Of a stretch of DNA of 64,000 nt, positions 9,041 to 19,121 are shown one piece after another. The DNA lies in NCBI GenBank assembly GCA_030539285.1, contig JAUNSH010000006.1, positions 9,027 to 73,026 on the forward strand, read 5' to 3'. The DNA comes from Eubacteriales bacterium. GTDB lineage: Bacteria; Bacillota; Clostridia; Oscillospirales; Oscillospiraceae. Both the position numbers and the translations under genes were made by a program. A model generated the notes under the pieces. That model saw nothing but the letters and a program-made list of their open reading frames with translations, ran no database searches and was not told the origin of the DNA. Positions within the stretch are counted from its first letter, which is position 1. The number at the start of each line of letters is the position of its first letter.

Positions 9041-10944
9041 ACTGCCACACCTTTCTTTTTACCAGATACAATGGCGAATGCCAGAATGGCAGCGCCAAGG
9101 ACAAAACCAACGACATTCAGCACCACGGGCTCCTTGAGCATCAGACAGACGGCGCAGGCCAGGAGGATTCCACGCTCAGGCATCTTCAGATCCCGTCCTG
9201 CCCAGCCAAACAGAGCCAGTGCCATAAATGCACAGCCCACCATTGCGGTCGCGGCGCACAGCAGAACCATAGGAGTCAGTGCAAAAACACCGGAAACACT
9301 GTCAAAGCACACTAGCTCCGTATTGTACAGGAACACAAAGGGAATGACAAATCCCGCTGCTGCCATTTTGATGGATTGCAGACCGGTCTTCCACATATCG
9401 CCGCCGGAGATACCAATGGCTGCAAAGACCGCCAGTGCAACAGGCGGTGTGATAGCCGCGACGACACCGTAGTACAGGATAAACATATGGGCAGACACCG
9501 TGGCCACACCCATGCTGACCATTGCAGGGGCAACCAGTACGGACAGCACAATATAGCAGGCAGAAGTTGGCAGGCCCATGCCCAGCAGGATGCATACCAC
9601 AGCAGTCAGAATTGCCATAATGAAGATACTGCCGCCGGACAGAACGGTGATCAAGCCACTGATACGCAGGCCCAATCCAGTAATGTTGATCGCAGCCACA
9701 ATAATACCAGCAATCATACAGGCGATGGATACGGTCATGATGGATTTTGCGGAATCCATGCACAGTGCCAGCAGATTCTTAATTGTGAATTTCTTACGGT
9801 CAGTGATCAGGCCAATGACCAGACATAGAATAATCGTGATCAGAGCAGAACGCTGGGTGCTCAGACCCATCATCAGCATGATGATTAGTGCAGCGATCGG
9901 TGCAAAGTAATACCATCCGGACTTGAGAATCTGGCCGATAGTACGGTCGTTGGGGTCTGCCTCCTTGACGGGAATGTTGTTCTTATTGGAATAGGAATAG
10001 ATGGAAACAGACAGGGTCAGATAGTAAAGAACAGCAGGAATCAGAGCAGCCAGGCAGATTGTGGTATAGGGCAGACTGGTGGCATCTGCCATCAGGAAAG
10101 CCACTGCGCCCATAACAGGAGGCATGATCTGACCGCCATTGGAAGCGCAAGCCTCAATGGCACCGGCGGTGTCCTTGTCGAAACCGGTTTTCTTCATTAA
10201 AGGAATGGTGAAGGTACCGGTAGTTACTACATTGGCTGCTCCAGAGCCGTTAACCATGCCCATCAGCATGCTGGAATAGACCGCAGCCTGTGCAGGACCG
10301 CCACGGAACCGGCCAAAAGCAGCGAAGGAAATATCTACAAAAAATTCGCCAGCACCGATGAAACTCAGGACGGAACCGAAAATGACAAACAGGAAAATGA
10401 AATTCGCTGAGGTACTCAGAGCGTTGCCAAACAGACCTTCGTCACCAACCATTAGATAAGTCGCCATACGCTGGATGGTAACACGGGCAGTTGCAAAAGC
10501 GCCAGGCAGGTAGCGACCTACCAAGGAATAAATCAGAAACACCAGTGCCAGAGACGGCAATACCTTACCCAGTGCCCGATAGGCAACAAACAAGGCAGTC
10601 ACTACAAACACCATGGAGATAATCCGCTGGTAGGGGGAATACAGCACACCGGAAGCAGTATTGGAGTTGCGCATTACAATTACTTCCCAGGCCGCCGCAA
10701 AGGTCAGGACAATCAAGATCACGTCTACGATCCTGGACAGTCTGCGGCATTTCATCGGCTTCATCAGCAGAAAGAAGGTAACAACCAGCGCACCGTGAAT
10801 GACTGCCTGCGTGGTATTATTCAGGGTCAGAAAGGGGGAAGCTGCCAACAGATGGAAGATCGTCAGAACAACAGCCACAAACACGGCTGCACCGTTGAAA
10901 ACCTTCTCGGTTCCGGAGGCTGTCAGATTTTTCGTTTCACTCAT
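9037..10944 (-). CDS. TRAP transporter fused permease (DctQM, TAXI-type)
   Basis: GGPAQAAV, SGAANVVTTG, MPPVMGA, LGMGLPT, ITPPVALA. Confidence 0.92.
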   Translation of the reverse strand: MSETKNLTASGTEKVFNGAAVFVAVVLTIFHLLAASPFLTLNNTTQAVIHGALVVTFFLLMKPMKCRRLSRIVDVILIVLTFAAAWEVIVMRNSNTASGVLYSPYQRIISMVFVVTALFVAYRALGKVLPSLALVFLIYSLVGRYLPGAFATARVTIQRMATYLMVGDEGLFGNALSTSANFIFLFVIFGSVLSFIGAGEFFVDISFAAFGRFRGGPAQAAVYSSMLMGMVNGSGAANVVTTGTFTIPLMKKTGFDKDTAGAIEACASNGGQIMPPVMGAVAFLMADATSLPYTTICLAALIPAVLYYLTLSVSIYSYSNKNNIPVKEADPNDRTIGQILKSGWYYFAPIAALIIMLMMGLSTQRSALITIILCLVIGLITDRKKFTIKNLLALCMDSAKSIMTVSIACMIAGIIVAAINITGLGLRISGLITVLSGGSIFIMAILTAVVCILLGMGLPTSACYIVLSVLVAPAMVSMGVATVSAHMFILYYGVVAAITPPVALAVFAAIGISGGDMWKTGLQSIKMAAAGFVIPFVFLYNTELVCFDSVSGVFALTPMVLLCAATAMVGCAFMALALFGWAGRDLKMPERGILLACAVCLMLKEPVVLNVVGFVLGAAILAFAIVSGKKKGVAV

Positions 10945-10958
10945 AGATATCATTCCTC

Positions 10959-11921
10959 CTATTGTTCTGTGGATTGCAGCAGACCAGCCTCCCGGTAATA
11001 CCGTTCTGCACCGGGATGGAAGGGAATGTACTGAGTCGCAACGGTTTCAGGAGAAATCTGGCGGGTTGCGTCATTGGTTTGTGCATAGGAATCCAGTGTC
11101 TCCATCATCAGCTTAGTGAAGGTGTAGATTTTCTCCTCATCTACCCAGCTGGAGGTAAACAGGCAGGTCTGGTAGGACAGGGTGTTTACCGCATCCTCGT
11201 TCGCCTGATTCTCATACACACCCGCAGGAATGACCGCACGCCGGGCAAAGGGATACTCTTCGGTCACCGCAGTCAGAACCTCTTCACTAACAGGCAGCAT
11301 CCGGAAACTGGTGGAGGCTGCATACTGCTGTATACCCGCAATGGGATAACCACCGGTCTGGAACGCCGCATCGATGTCGCCATCTGCCAGTGCCTGGGCG
11401 GATTCTGCGTAGTTCATGTAGAAGGGCTGGATATCTGCCAGCGTAATTCCGTAGGCGTTGAGGATAGCCTCGTTAATGAACAGATAGCTGGTGCCCTGGG
11501 AACCAACACAGACCTTTTTCCCCTTCAACTGGGAAATATCCGTAATGCCGCTTTTCTCTGTAACAAACACATGCAGCTGAGAATCGTACAGGGCTGCCAC
11601 CTGGAGGATATCCAGAGATCCTGCCTCCGCATAGCTCATGGTTCCGGTATATGCGCCATAAATGGCATCCGAGTTAGCCATGCCAATGTCAATATCGCCG
11701 CTCAGAGCAAGCGCCACATTTTCATTGGAGCCAGCGGTAGCCTGCACCATGACATTCAGTTCACCGGCATCTGAAACCGCATTGCCGATTGCCGCACCGA
11801 CATAGTAGAACGTACCGGTGGAAGATGCGGTGCCGATGACCAGATTATTGGCATCACTGCAGCCGGTCAGCGTGCATGCTGCCAGCACCGCCGAAAGAAC
11901 CAGCGCGAACAGTTTTTTCAT
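10959..11921 (-). CDS. TAXI-family TRAP solute-binding lipoprotein
   Basis: Lipobox LTGC; GTASSTGTFY, ATAGSNEN, PFHPGAERYY. Confidence 0.92.
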   Translation of the reverse strand: MKKLFALVLSAVLAACTLTGCSDANNLVIGTASSTGTFYYVGAAIGNAVSDAGELNVMVQATAGSNENVALALSGDIDIGMANSDAIYGAYTGTMSYAEAGSLDILQVAALYDSQLHVFVTEKSGITDISQLKGKKVCVGSQGTSYLFINEAILNAYGITLADIQPFYMNYAESAQALADGDIDAAFQTGGYPIAGIQQYAASTSFRMLPVSEEVLTAVTEEYPFARRAVIPAGVYENQANEDAVNTLSYQTCLFTSSWVDEEKIYTFTKLMMETLDSYAQTNDATRQISPETVATQYIPFHPGAERYYREAGLLQSTEQ

Positions 11922-11957
11922 AACGCTCCATTCTCCTTTTCATCTCTTCAAACCGCA

Positions 11958-12698
11958 TCAAACCAGCTCGTCACCAGCCACGGGGAAGAAATTGCTGAAG
12001 CTCTCACCATACTGATAGGTATTGTTTCCGGAGATACGGCGCAGATGATTGCCACGCAGGTGTGCACGCTCCGTATAGTAGTTGATCAGATGCTTCTGGG
12101 CTTTGAAGCACTGCATGGCGGCGACCTTCTGTTCGTAGACCTCGCTGATATCAATCAGTGTACCGGGGACATACTTGCTCAGCTCTGTCTGGTGGGGCTC
12201 AAAGCCGAACAGGCGCATCTGCTTTGTGGTCTTGGTGCCCTCAATGCGGTAGCCGTTGGAATTGGACTGAATGCTGCACTCAAACACGAACTGGGCAACA
12301 TTGTTGTGGTCAGGGTTCAAGATGTCGGAACCGTTCTTATCGTGGGTGAGGATGATATCAGGCTGAACCTGACGCATTTTACGGATCATGCGCTCGCGAA
12401 CCTCTTCTGTCAGAGCAGGAGCCATAGGATAATCCGGCAGATCCCAGAACTCGATGTTGGTAATACCCAGAATCTCAGCAGCCTTTGTGGTTTCGGCAAA
12501 ACGCTCTGCCTTTACACTCTCGTAGGTTGCGCCTTCCTTCTTCCACAAATCATTACTCTCACCGCGGATGCCAAAGCTCAGAACGACCACATGGACATCT
12601 GCGCCGCCCTTGATGTACTTGGCGATGGTGCCGCCGCTGCGCCATACATAGTCAGCCGCGTGTGCACTTACAACCAGAACCTTCTTGCCTTTGATCAT
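11958..12698 (-). CDS. galB: PIG-L family; 4-oxalomesaconate hydratase (GalB)-like
   Basis: VSAHAADYVWRSGG, GIRGES..LW, NPDH, FEPHQTE closely resemble GalB. Confidence 0.75.
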   Translation of the reverse strand: MIKGKKVLVVSAHAADYVWRSGGTIAKYIKGGADVHVVVLSFGIRGESNDLWKKEGATYESVKAERFAETTKAAEILGITNIEFWDLPDYPMAPALTEEVRERMIRKMRQVQPDIILTHDKNGSDILNPDHNNVAQFVFECSIQSNSNGYRIEGTKTTKQMRLFGFEPHQTELSKYVPGTLIDISEVYEQKVAAMQCFKAQKHLINYYTERAHLRGNHLRRISGNNTYQYGESFSNFFPVAGDELV

Positions 12699-12750
12699 TT
12701 TGTTTTCCTCCCGAAATATTTTATCTGCTATTTTAAGATCATTTTTGGAT

Positions 12751-13647
12751 TTAGTCCAGCCCCAGCAGTTTGCGGGGGTTATAGACCATCATGGTGCGAA
12801 TTTCCTCGGCACTGAAGCCCTCAGCGGTCAGACGCTCTGCCCATTCCAGCATACCCTCGTCGGGATAGATGGAAGTGGACTGTCCCAGATCGGTACCCAA
12901 AACCACATTCTCCGCGCCCAGAGCCCGGATCTGGGAGACAGTGGTTTCCCAATCACATTTTCCGGTAGCCCAGGTGGTGTAGCAATGCTCGATCTTTGCG
13001 CCGTAGCTGACGAACATCTTCTGGTCTTCGATGCTGTAGAAAGTAGTTGGGAAGCTTGCATGGGTGATGATGATGTTCTTTACGCCCCGCTTGACTGCTT
13101 CCGGAATCAGCTTGTATGCTTCCTCATGAGAGATATGGCCGGTGGTCAAGATCACATTGTACTTGGCGATAATGTCCAGGGTATCCAGAACATTTTGCGT
13201 CAGTTCGCCATTCCCATCCAGGCAGTTTACGGTTGGAGCCTCGATGCCAGCCTCCTTCATCTCAATAATGATGCGGGCCCAGAAGGGCAGCTTCTTATTG
13301 GGATCTCCGTTGAAGGTGTGAGCACGCTCATGCTCGCTGTCACAGGTAGGAAACCAAACCAGCTTCACACCACTGCGGCAGGCCATCTCCATGGCAGTGG
13401 GGTTGATACCGCCAACGGAGCTGTTCAGCGTAATAGTACCGATGTAGTCCACTTCAGGATATAGCTCGTGCATTAACTCAGCCCGCTCGCTGGTGCAGAA
13501 AAAGTGGCTCTTGATGGCGTAGCCTGCCATGCCGCTTTGCTTGATCCGTTCCGCCATAGCAATATCGTTCATCTTGCGGGGGAGGACGTCGGGAGCAGAG
13601 TGAACATGCAGGTCATAGGCGCCTTTGATGAGTTCTTTGCAATCCAT
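12751..13647 (-). CDS. DUF6282-like metal-dependent amidohydrolase-fold protein
   Basis: DLHVHSAPD, IKSH, TTGH, ITH, GTDLGQ, NPRKLL. Confidence 0.75.
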   Translation of the reverse strand: MDCKELIKGAYDLHVHSAPDVLPRKMNDIAMAERIKQSGMAGYAIKSHFFCTSERAELMHELYPEVDYIGTITLNSSVGGINPTAMEMACRSGVKLVWFPTCDSEHERAHTFNGDPNKKLPFWARIIIEMKEAGIEAPTVNCLDGNGELTQNVLDTLDIIAKYNVILTTGHISHEEAYKLIPEAVKRGVKNIIITHASFPTTFYSIEDQKMFVSYGAKIEHCYTTWATGKCDWETTVSQIRALGAENVVLGTDLGQSTSIYPDEGMLEWAERLTAEGFSAEEIRTMMVYNPRKLLGLD

Positions 13648-13683
13648 AATGATCTCTCCTTTTGTTTTACTTTTTAATTGCTC

Positions 13684-13742
13684 AAGATTGTTGAACAATC
13701 TTAACTTGCTATGATTGTAGAACAATATTGTATAATTGTCAA
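13684..13742 (-). promoter_or_regulatory. Sigma-A promoter of the catabolic operon, overlapped by palindromic operators
   Basis: Minus-strand TTGACA (13737-42), 17 bp, TACAAT (13714-19); palindromes aagattgttgaacaatctt (13684-702) and attgtagaacaat (13714-26). Confidence 0.7.
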
Positions 13743-13820
13743 GCGTGTTTTGGAAAATCAGAGAAAGCTACAAAATGAGCATCGTTTTTTTGTGAATAAT
13801 GCAAGAGGTATTTTGTGCGG

Positions 13821-13880
13821 TTGACAAATAGAAAAGGCGATGTTATATTTACAATAAATAAATACATAATTGTTGAGCAA
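13821..13880 (+). promoter_or_regulatory. gntR promoter with a third operator-like site
   Basis: TTGACA-17bp-TATATT with extended TG; attgttgagcaa at 13869-80. Confidence 0.65.
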
Positions 13881-13916
13881 AATATTTACCTTTGCAATTT
13901 AGAAGGAAGGATTCAG

Positions 13917-14564
13917 ATGTCAAAGACGAACCGGACTGCTATGGTCTATGAACAGCTAAAAGCCAGGATCGAAAGTGGGTATTACTCCCCTGCTGAAAGC
14001 CTGCCGGAGGTGGAACTGGCTAATGAGTACGATGTAAGCCGGAATACAATTAAAAAAGCACTTCTAATGCTGGAAAATGATGCCTATGTGACTGTGGAGC
14101 TGAACAAAGGCGCAAAGGTGCGCAGCTATTCCAAAAAAGAAGTCATGGATTATCTGCAGCTTCGTGTGGAACTGGAAGGATTCATTGTTCGCTTGGCAGT
14201 TCCCTGCTTTACTGATGCAGACATTGCACAGCTGGAAACGCTCTTTTCACAAATGGGTCAGCGCCGCGAAGCCAACGATCTTCTGGGGTATTCTGCGCTG
14301 AACCAGCAGTTTCATTCTATTATTTACAGCGTTTGCCCCAACAAGACCGCTACCGACCTTCTGATCCGACTGAAGTCACAGATGCGAAAGTACAACGGCA
14401 AAACGATCCTTGTGCCAAACCGGGATGAAAAATCCTATGCCGAGCATAAGGAAATCTTGGATGCCATACAAGCCCGGGATATTGTAGCGGCGGAGGCTAG
14501 TGTACGGAAGCACATTGAGAGTGTTCGTAAAACCTTTGACGACTATTTTGCACTTCTTTTTTGA
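13917..14564 (+). CDS. GntR (FadR/FCD) transcriptional regulator
   Basis: EVELANEYDVSRNTIKKAL wHTH; NQQFH..EH FCD motifs. Confidence 0.92.
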   Translation: MSKTNRTAMVYEQLKARIESGYYSPAESLPEVELANEYDVSRNTIKKALLMLENDAYVTVELNKGAKVRSYSKKEVMDYLQLRVELEGFIVRLAVPCFTDADIAQLETLFSQMGQRREANDLLGYSALNQQFHSIIYSVCPNKTATDLLIRLKSQMRKYNGKTILVPNRDEKSYAEHKEILDAIQARDIVAAEASVRKHIESVRKTFDDYFALLF

Positions 14565-14693
14565 CGCATTCTATGCTGATGGAGTAGCCCTACCTATCAC
14601 ACACCGTGCGTTCATATCTGTACTCTGTGGTTCAATCGCATAAGTGCAGGGACGGGTAGTGTTTCAGGATTAAAAAGTATCCGGTACTGATAC

Positions 14694-15291
14694 TTTCCCT
14701 CCCGGGTATCGTAAACGAAGCCGGAGACAGACTGTACACGAGTGGCAATCTCCGTGCTGGTGAGTTTGACCATAACACACTGATTCACGAAGGACGTAAA
14801 TATTACTGCGGTAAGGAAAGCTGTCTGGATACCTATCTCACTGCCAAGGTGCTGTCGGGGCATGCTGGCGAAATCTTGCCCAGTTCTTTGACCGGATCAG
14901 GAACGGAGAGTAAGAAATGCGGCAGGCCTGGAAGGAATATCTTGAATATCTTTCTGTAGCAATCAATAGTCTGCGTATGACCTTTGACAATGATGTGATT
15001 GCAGGCGGATATGTAGGCGCATTTCTGGAAGAATTCGGTGCGCCGCCGCGGGAAATGCTTGCGCAGCGGAATACCTTTGAGCGGGATGGAAGCTACCTGA
15101 AATACTGCACATTTAAGCTGGAAACGTCAGCCGTTTGGGCGGCGCTGATGCAGATAGAAGCATTTTTCCATCAAATTTGAGGAAGAATACCGGCTAGGCG
15201 GCTCTGTTTCGTACAGAGCCGTCCTCTTTTTGGATAAAATCGCTGAACTGTTTAGGTGGAAATCGATGTTTTTGAAATTACCTATTGACAC
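14694..15291 (+). pseudogene. Decayed ROK regulator paralogue (3' part plus downstream hairpin and -35)
   Basis: Nucleotide similarity to 29630-30426, with an internal deletion, a frameshift and a stop. Confidence 0.85.
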
Positions 15292-15369
15292 ACAGAAACT
15301 TCTGCAACTCTCTTGGATAGGTCTGTACATTTCTTGGATAACAGGCGACCTACGTCCGCCTTGGGTAAT

Positions 15370-15406
15370 AAAAGCCCAGTTCAGTACAAGACCGAACTGG
15401 GCTTTT
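15370..15406. terminator. Bidirectional terminator
   Basis: aaaagcccagttc-agtacaagacc-gaactgggctttt. Confidence 0.7.
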
Positions 15407-15506
15407 GAAACTATGGTTTTTCTTGCCTACTGTTGTTTGAAAGATGAGTACACAGCTGGTGGTTTTTACGAGAAAAACGAATGGCACCTAGTGGGGAAAC
15501 TAATGA

Positions 15507-16892
15507 TCAAGCAGTTTCCATTTCTTCCTTAGGGAAGCGGAAACCGATCAACGCGATGACAAGAGCCGCTCCCACGAAGGCCGCACCGATTAGGAACACC
15601 TGATTGAAATTTGCTCCCATGTTCATAGCTGCGCCGCAGAGAGCACCGAAAATACTCGCACCGCCGGTACTGCTGAACTGGAACATGCCTTGAGCAGGCG
15701 CAATCTCTTCAGGACTCAGTTCACTCTGGAAGAAGGGTGCGTGGATAGACTGGGTGACAGCCTGGCTGACACCGCCAATGGCCACAGCAACGTAGATGAC
15801 CAGCATGGAGGAGGTGGGCCGCAAGGTGGACAGAATCAGCAATGCCAGAATATACAGGCTTAATGCCAGCAATGCGGCTGGACGGAACCGTTTCTTAAAG
15901 TTTTTGCCAATCAGGCCGCCAACAAAGAAACCAAGAATCGCCTGCACAATGGTTTGGGGCATGGTAACGGTGGAGCTGGCCAGGGCGGAACCGTGCATTA
16001 CACTTTGCACATACACCACCACATACGCGGTAATACAAGTGCTGTAGGCCACCATCAGCATCTGAACGCAGAAGGTGTAGGCAAAGCGCTTCTTCTTAAA
16101 CATTTGGATGGGGACGGAGGGGTTCTCCGCTTTCGTTTCCACCTTGATCAGCAAAGCCATGGATACGATCGCCAGGATGGGCAGGACAATGCCAGGCAGG
16201 CTGACCAGCGCAAAGAATTTGGTGACCATGCTCAGCCACAGCACTGTGCAGCAGACGAATACGGAGATCAGCGCGATGCCCAGGAAATCGAACTTGCCAC
16301 GGGCTGCCCGCTTCTTATTAGGGTACAGGAACGCTAGGGAAAATAACGGGAAGATGCCAAAGATTCCGTAGACCAGCAGTGCAGAGTTTGCGGAGATGGC
16401 ATCGGCAATGGCGCCGGTCAGTGCCGGACCGATCAATGCGCCAAAGGCGGATGCTGTCGCAATATAGCCATAGAATTTGGGGCGATCCTTGGAAGGAACG
16501 ATGTCTGCCATGATGCTGTAGGGTGCGGACATGTAAAGACCTGCTACAAATCCCATCAGGATCCACCCTGCGGCAAAGGCAACGGCATTGCCGGCAAACA
16601 TCAGGCAGAAGCGGACAACAAAGTGTGCCACAAGACCAAATAGTGTGACATATTTTACGCCGAATTTGGAGGTAAATGCGCCAACCATCGGCAGAGAGAT
16701 CATCATGCCCATACCAGACAGGGTGGCAAAAAGGGCATAGTAACCCATAGCGTTAAATGCACCCAGCTTTGCGGGAAGCACAATATTGTTGGCATAGTTC
16801 GCTGCCTGGGACGTAACTGTTAGCAGCAGCACCGCGGCAATCAGCATCCATTGTTTCAAAGCAGAATTCTTTTCTGTCGTTGTGTTGTTCAT
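15507..16892 (-). CDS. MFS transporter (DHA2-like, 14 TM)
   Basis: ADIVPSKDRPKFYG, GALIGPALTG, FDFLG, ENPSVPIQMF. Confidence 0.88.
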   Translation of the reverse strand: MNNTTTEKNSALKQWMLIAAVLLLTVTSQAANYANNIVLPAKLGAFNAMGYYALFATLSGMGMMISLPMVGAFTSKFGVKYVTLFGLVAHFVVRFCLMFAGNAVAFAAGWILMGFVAGLYMSAPYSIMADIVPSKDRPKFYGYIATASAFGALIGPALTGAIADAISANSALLVYGIFGIFPLFSLAFLYPNKKRAARGKFDFLGIALISVFVCCTVLWLSMVTKFFALVSLPGIVLPILAIVSMALLIKVETKAENPSVPIQMFKKKRFAYTFCVQMLMVAYSTCITAYVVVYVQSVMHGSALASSTVTMPQTIVQAILGFFVGGLIGKNFKKRFRPAALLALSLYILALLILSTLRPTSSMLVIYVAVAIGGVSQAVTQSIHAPFFQSELSPEEIAPAQGMFQFSSTGGASIFGALCGAAMNMGANFNQVFLIGAAFVGAALVIALIGFRFPKEEMETA

Positions 16893-16939
16893 AATGATGT
16901 CCTCCTGTATTCAGTTCAATTTATTACATGGGACTGGAA

Positions 16940-17170
16940 TTACACGATTATTTGATGGCGTGCTGTGAAAAAGCCGGCTCCTTTCCCTTTTTTGCGAAGC
17001 TCTCCCACTTCCCAGAGGCTAGTGGTGCCGTAGACAATGTACAGGATCTGCCAGCTCATATAGCTGAAAACCTGACTGCCTTCAGCGACCAAAGGATAGC
17101 CCATGCCGGACCCAGCACTTGTGATCACAACATTTTTCCCTTCCAAGCCAAACAGTTCTTTAAGTTCCAT
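16940..17170 (-). pseudogene. Internally deleted SDR paralogue
   Basis: N-terminus (LFGLEGKNVVIT.AGSGMGY) fused directly to the C-terminus (PLVA..SY..QILY..YG..LWE.GEL) of the SDR type at 24705. Confidence 0.8.
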
Positions 17171-17189
17171 GAAAAAACACTATTTTCAG

Positions 17190-18035
17190 TTAATCTTCCA
17201 ACTGTGGGGTTGTGGTAAAAGCGTGGGTGCCATCATCCATCAAGATATCTATACCATTGATGTAAGAAGCCCGGTAACTGCACAGAAAATCGATTAAATT
17301 GGCAATCTCATAGGCGTTTCCGTAACGCCCCAGAGGCATCGTTGCCATTTCACCTGCTATGCGTTCCGGTTCACGGTCAATGAGCGTCTGATGCATCGGT
17401 GTGACAATCCGTCCGGGCGCAATGGAATTGATTCGGCAGCCTTTGCGTCCGAAGCGGCCTGCGTTCATACGGACATAATACATGGTAAACAGCTTGCTGA
17501 ACATATAAGCACGACCAGGGTCGGTGGCCATAGCCATCAATTTGTCGAAAATCTGCTCAGACCCATCTTTTACGCTGAAGAACGCTTCCTTCATGGGTTC
17601 AGGAACCACAGGCATCATATATGCTGCTGAAGAAGTGAAACACACCATGGCTGCACCATTATCCAAAAGTGGATAAAATGCTTCCGTCATGTAAATTGTG
17701 CCCATGGCATTTACCCTAATTATCGCTTCCCGTGCCGCATCAGCGCTCAGTTTTTCTACCAACACAGGAGACAGCCCTGCCGTATGGATTACATTTTTTA
17801 TTTTTCCCAAAGATGTTGCTTTTTGAGCAGCTGCTTCAACCTGTTCCTTTTTTGACACATCCACAACAGCATAATGCACATCCATGTTCTGGCGCTTCAA
17901 TGCTGCCGCAGCGCTGAAAAGTGCTTCTTCTTTGATGTCACACAGCAGCAGCGTATGTCCCTGACGGCCAAAAATATTGGCTGCGGCAAACCCCATGCCT
18001 CCTGCGCCGCCGGTTATGACGGTAACCTGTTTCAT
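17190..18035 (-). CDS. SDR oxidoreductase
   Basis: TGGAGGMG, YMFSK catalytic YxxxK, INSIAPG. Confidence 0.9.
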   Translation of the reverse strand: MKQVTVITGGAGGMGFAAANIFGRQGHTLLLCDIKEEALFSAAAALKRQNMDVHYAVVDVSKKEQVEAAAQKATSLGKIKNVIHTAGLSPVLVEKLSADAAREAIIRVNAMGTIYMTEAFYPLLDNGAAMVCFTSSAAYMMPVVPEPMKEAFFSVKDGSEQIFDKLMAMATDPGRAYMFSKLFTMYYVRMNAGRFGRKGCRINSIAPGRIVTPMHQTLIDREPERIAGEMATMPLGRYGNAYEIANLIDFLCSYRASYINGIDILMDDGTHAFTTTPQLED

Positions 18036-18053
18036 GGCAGTATCCCCCTCCTG

Positions 18054-19061
18054 TCAGAACCGAATGACAACTTTCAAAGACTCGGAAGATGTCGATGCCT
18101 TTCGGATTGCCTCTTCCAGATGTTCCAACGGGTATTCCTGAGTGATCAGCTGCTCCAGGTCAAACTGACCGGATTCCATGATTTCCATTGCCTGCCGCAC
18201 AGACTGGTCCGTGTAGCCGCCGCTGCCCTGAATCCGCTGAGAAGCGAACATCAGCATCTGGGGATTGAAGGTCATAGGCTCATGGTGATTGCCTACGATG
18301 GTATATACAGCATTCAGCTTTCCGTATCTCTGGAAATCCGCAAAGGCGTCGTTGGAGCCGGTTGCATCCACAAAAATGTCCGCATTGAAGGTGGGTCCCA
18401 TGATTCCATAGCCAATGCCAAAGACTTCCGTTGCAGTCTCTTTCAGATCCTGCCTTACTGGGCTGCAAACCGCAAACCCCAACTTCTCAGCGATTTCCAG
18501 ACGATAGGTAGAGCGGTTGACCAGCATAACTTTATCACAGCCCAGATACTTCAGGGTGATGGCTGCCGCCATGCCAATTACGCCAGCACCATACACGATG
18601 GCATTTTGTCCCTTCTGAGGTCGGGACAGGATCGCAGCCTGACCGCCCACCGCAAACGGTTCCAGCATTGCTGCAACACGATTGGGAATCTGATCGCTGA
18701 CCTTGTAAACGCTATGATTCAGCCTGCAATTTGGAATGTGGACATACTCCGAAAAACCACCCACAGAGCCGGAGCGCTTGGTATCGTCCTTGGCATAGAT
18801 CGGATATGGGAATACGCGGTCCCCCACAGAAATGCCTTCCACATCCTTGCCAACTTCCACGACTTCGCTGACCATTTCGTGACCGAACTCCATGCCGGGA
18901 TATAGGCGCATGAAGTCGCCGCTGGTTTTATAAGCGGAAATATCCGAGCCGCAAATACCGGAATAGAGGTTTTTTACGATAATATCCTTATCACCGCAGC
19001 GGTCCAGAGGGATCTCTTTCAACTCGATGTTCTTCGCACCCTGATAAATATAACCTTTCAC
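18054..19061 (-). CDS. Zn-dependent medium-chain dehydrogenase (no structural-Zn lobe)
   Basis: GICGSD, GHEM, GAGVIG; GTG start. Confidence 0.9.
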   Translation of the reverse strand: MKGYIYQGAKNIELKEIPLDRCGDKDIIVKNLYSGICGSDISAYKTSGDFMRLYPGMEFGHEMVSEVVEVGKDVEGISVGDRVFPYPIYAKDDTKRSGSVGGFSEYVHIPNCRLNHSVYKVSDQIPNRVAAMLEPFAVGGQAAILSRPQKGQNAIVYGAGVIGMAAAITLKYLGCDKVMLVNRSTYRLEIAEKLGFAVCSPVRQDLKETATEVFGIGYGIMGPTFNADIFVDATGSNDAFADFQRYGKLNAVYTIVGNHHEPMTFNPQMLMFASQRIQGSGGYTDQSVRQAMEIMESGQFDLEQLITQEYPLEHLEEAIRKASTSSESLKVVIRF

Positions 19062-19121
19062 AAACGACCTCCTGATCAGGTGAGGCGCACAGGGAGCTTA
19101 CGCCCCCTGCACGACAACTGT

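Noticed and set aside
8108-9472. 454-aa plus-strand ORF
   Set aside because: Antisense shadow across the AEC, RraA and TRAP genes; no motifs
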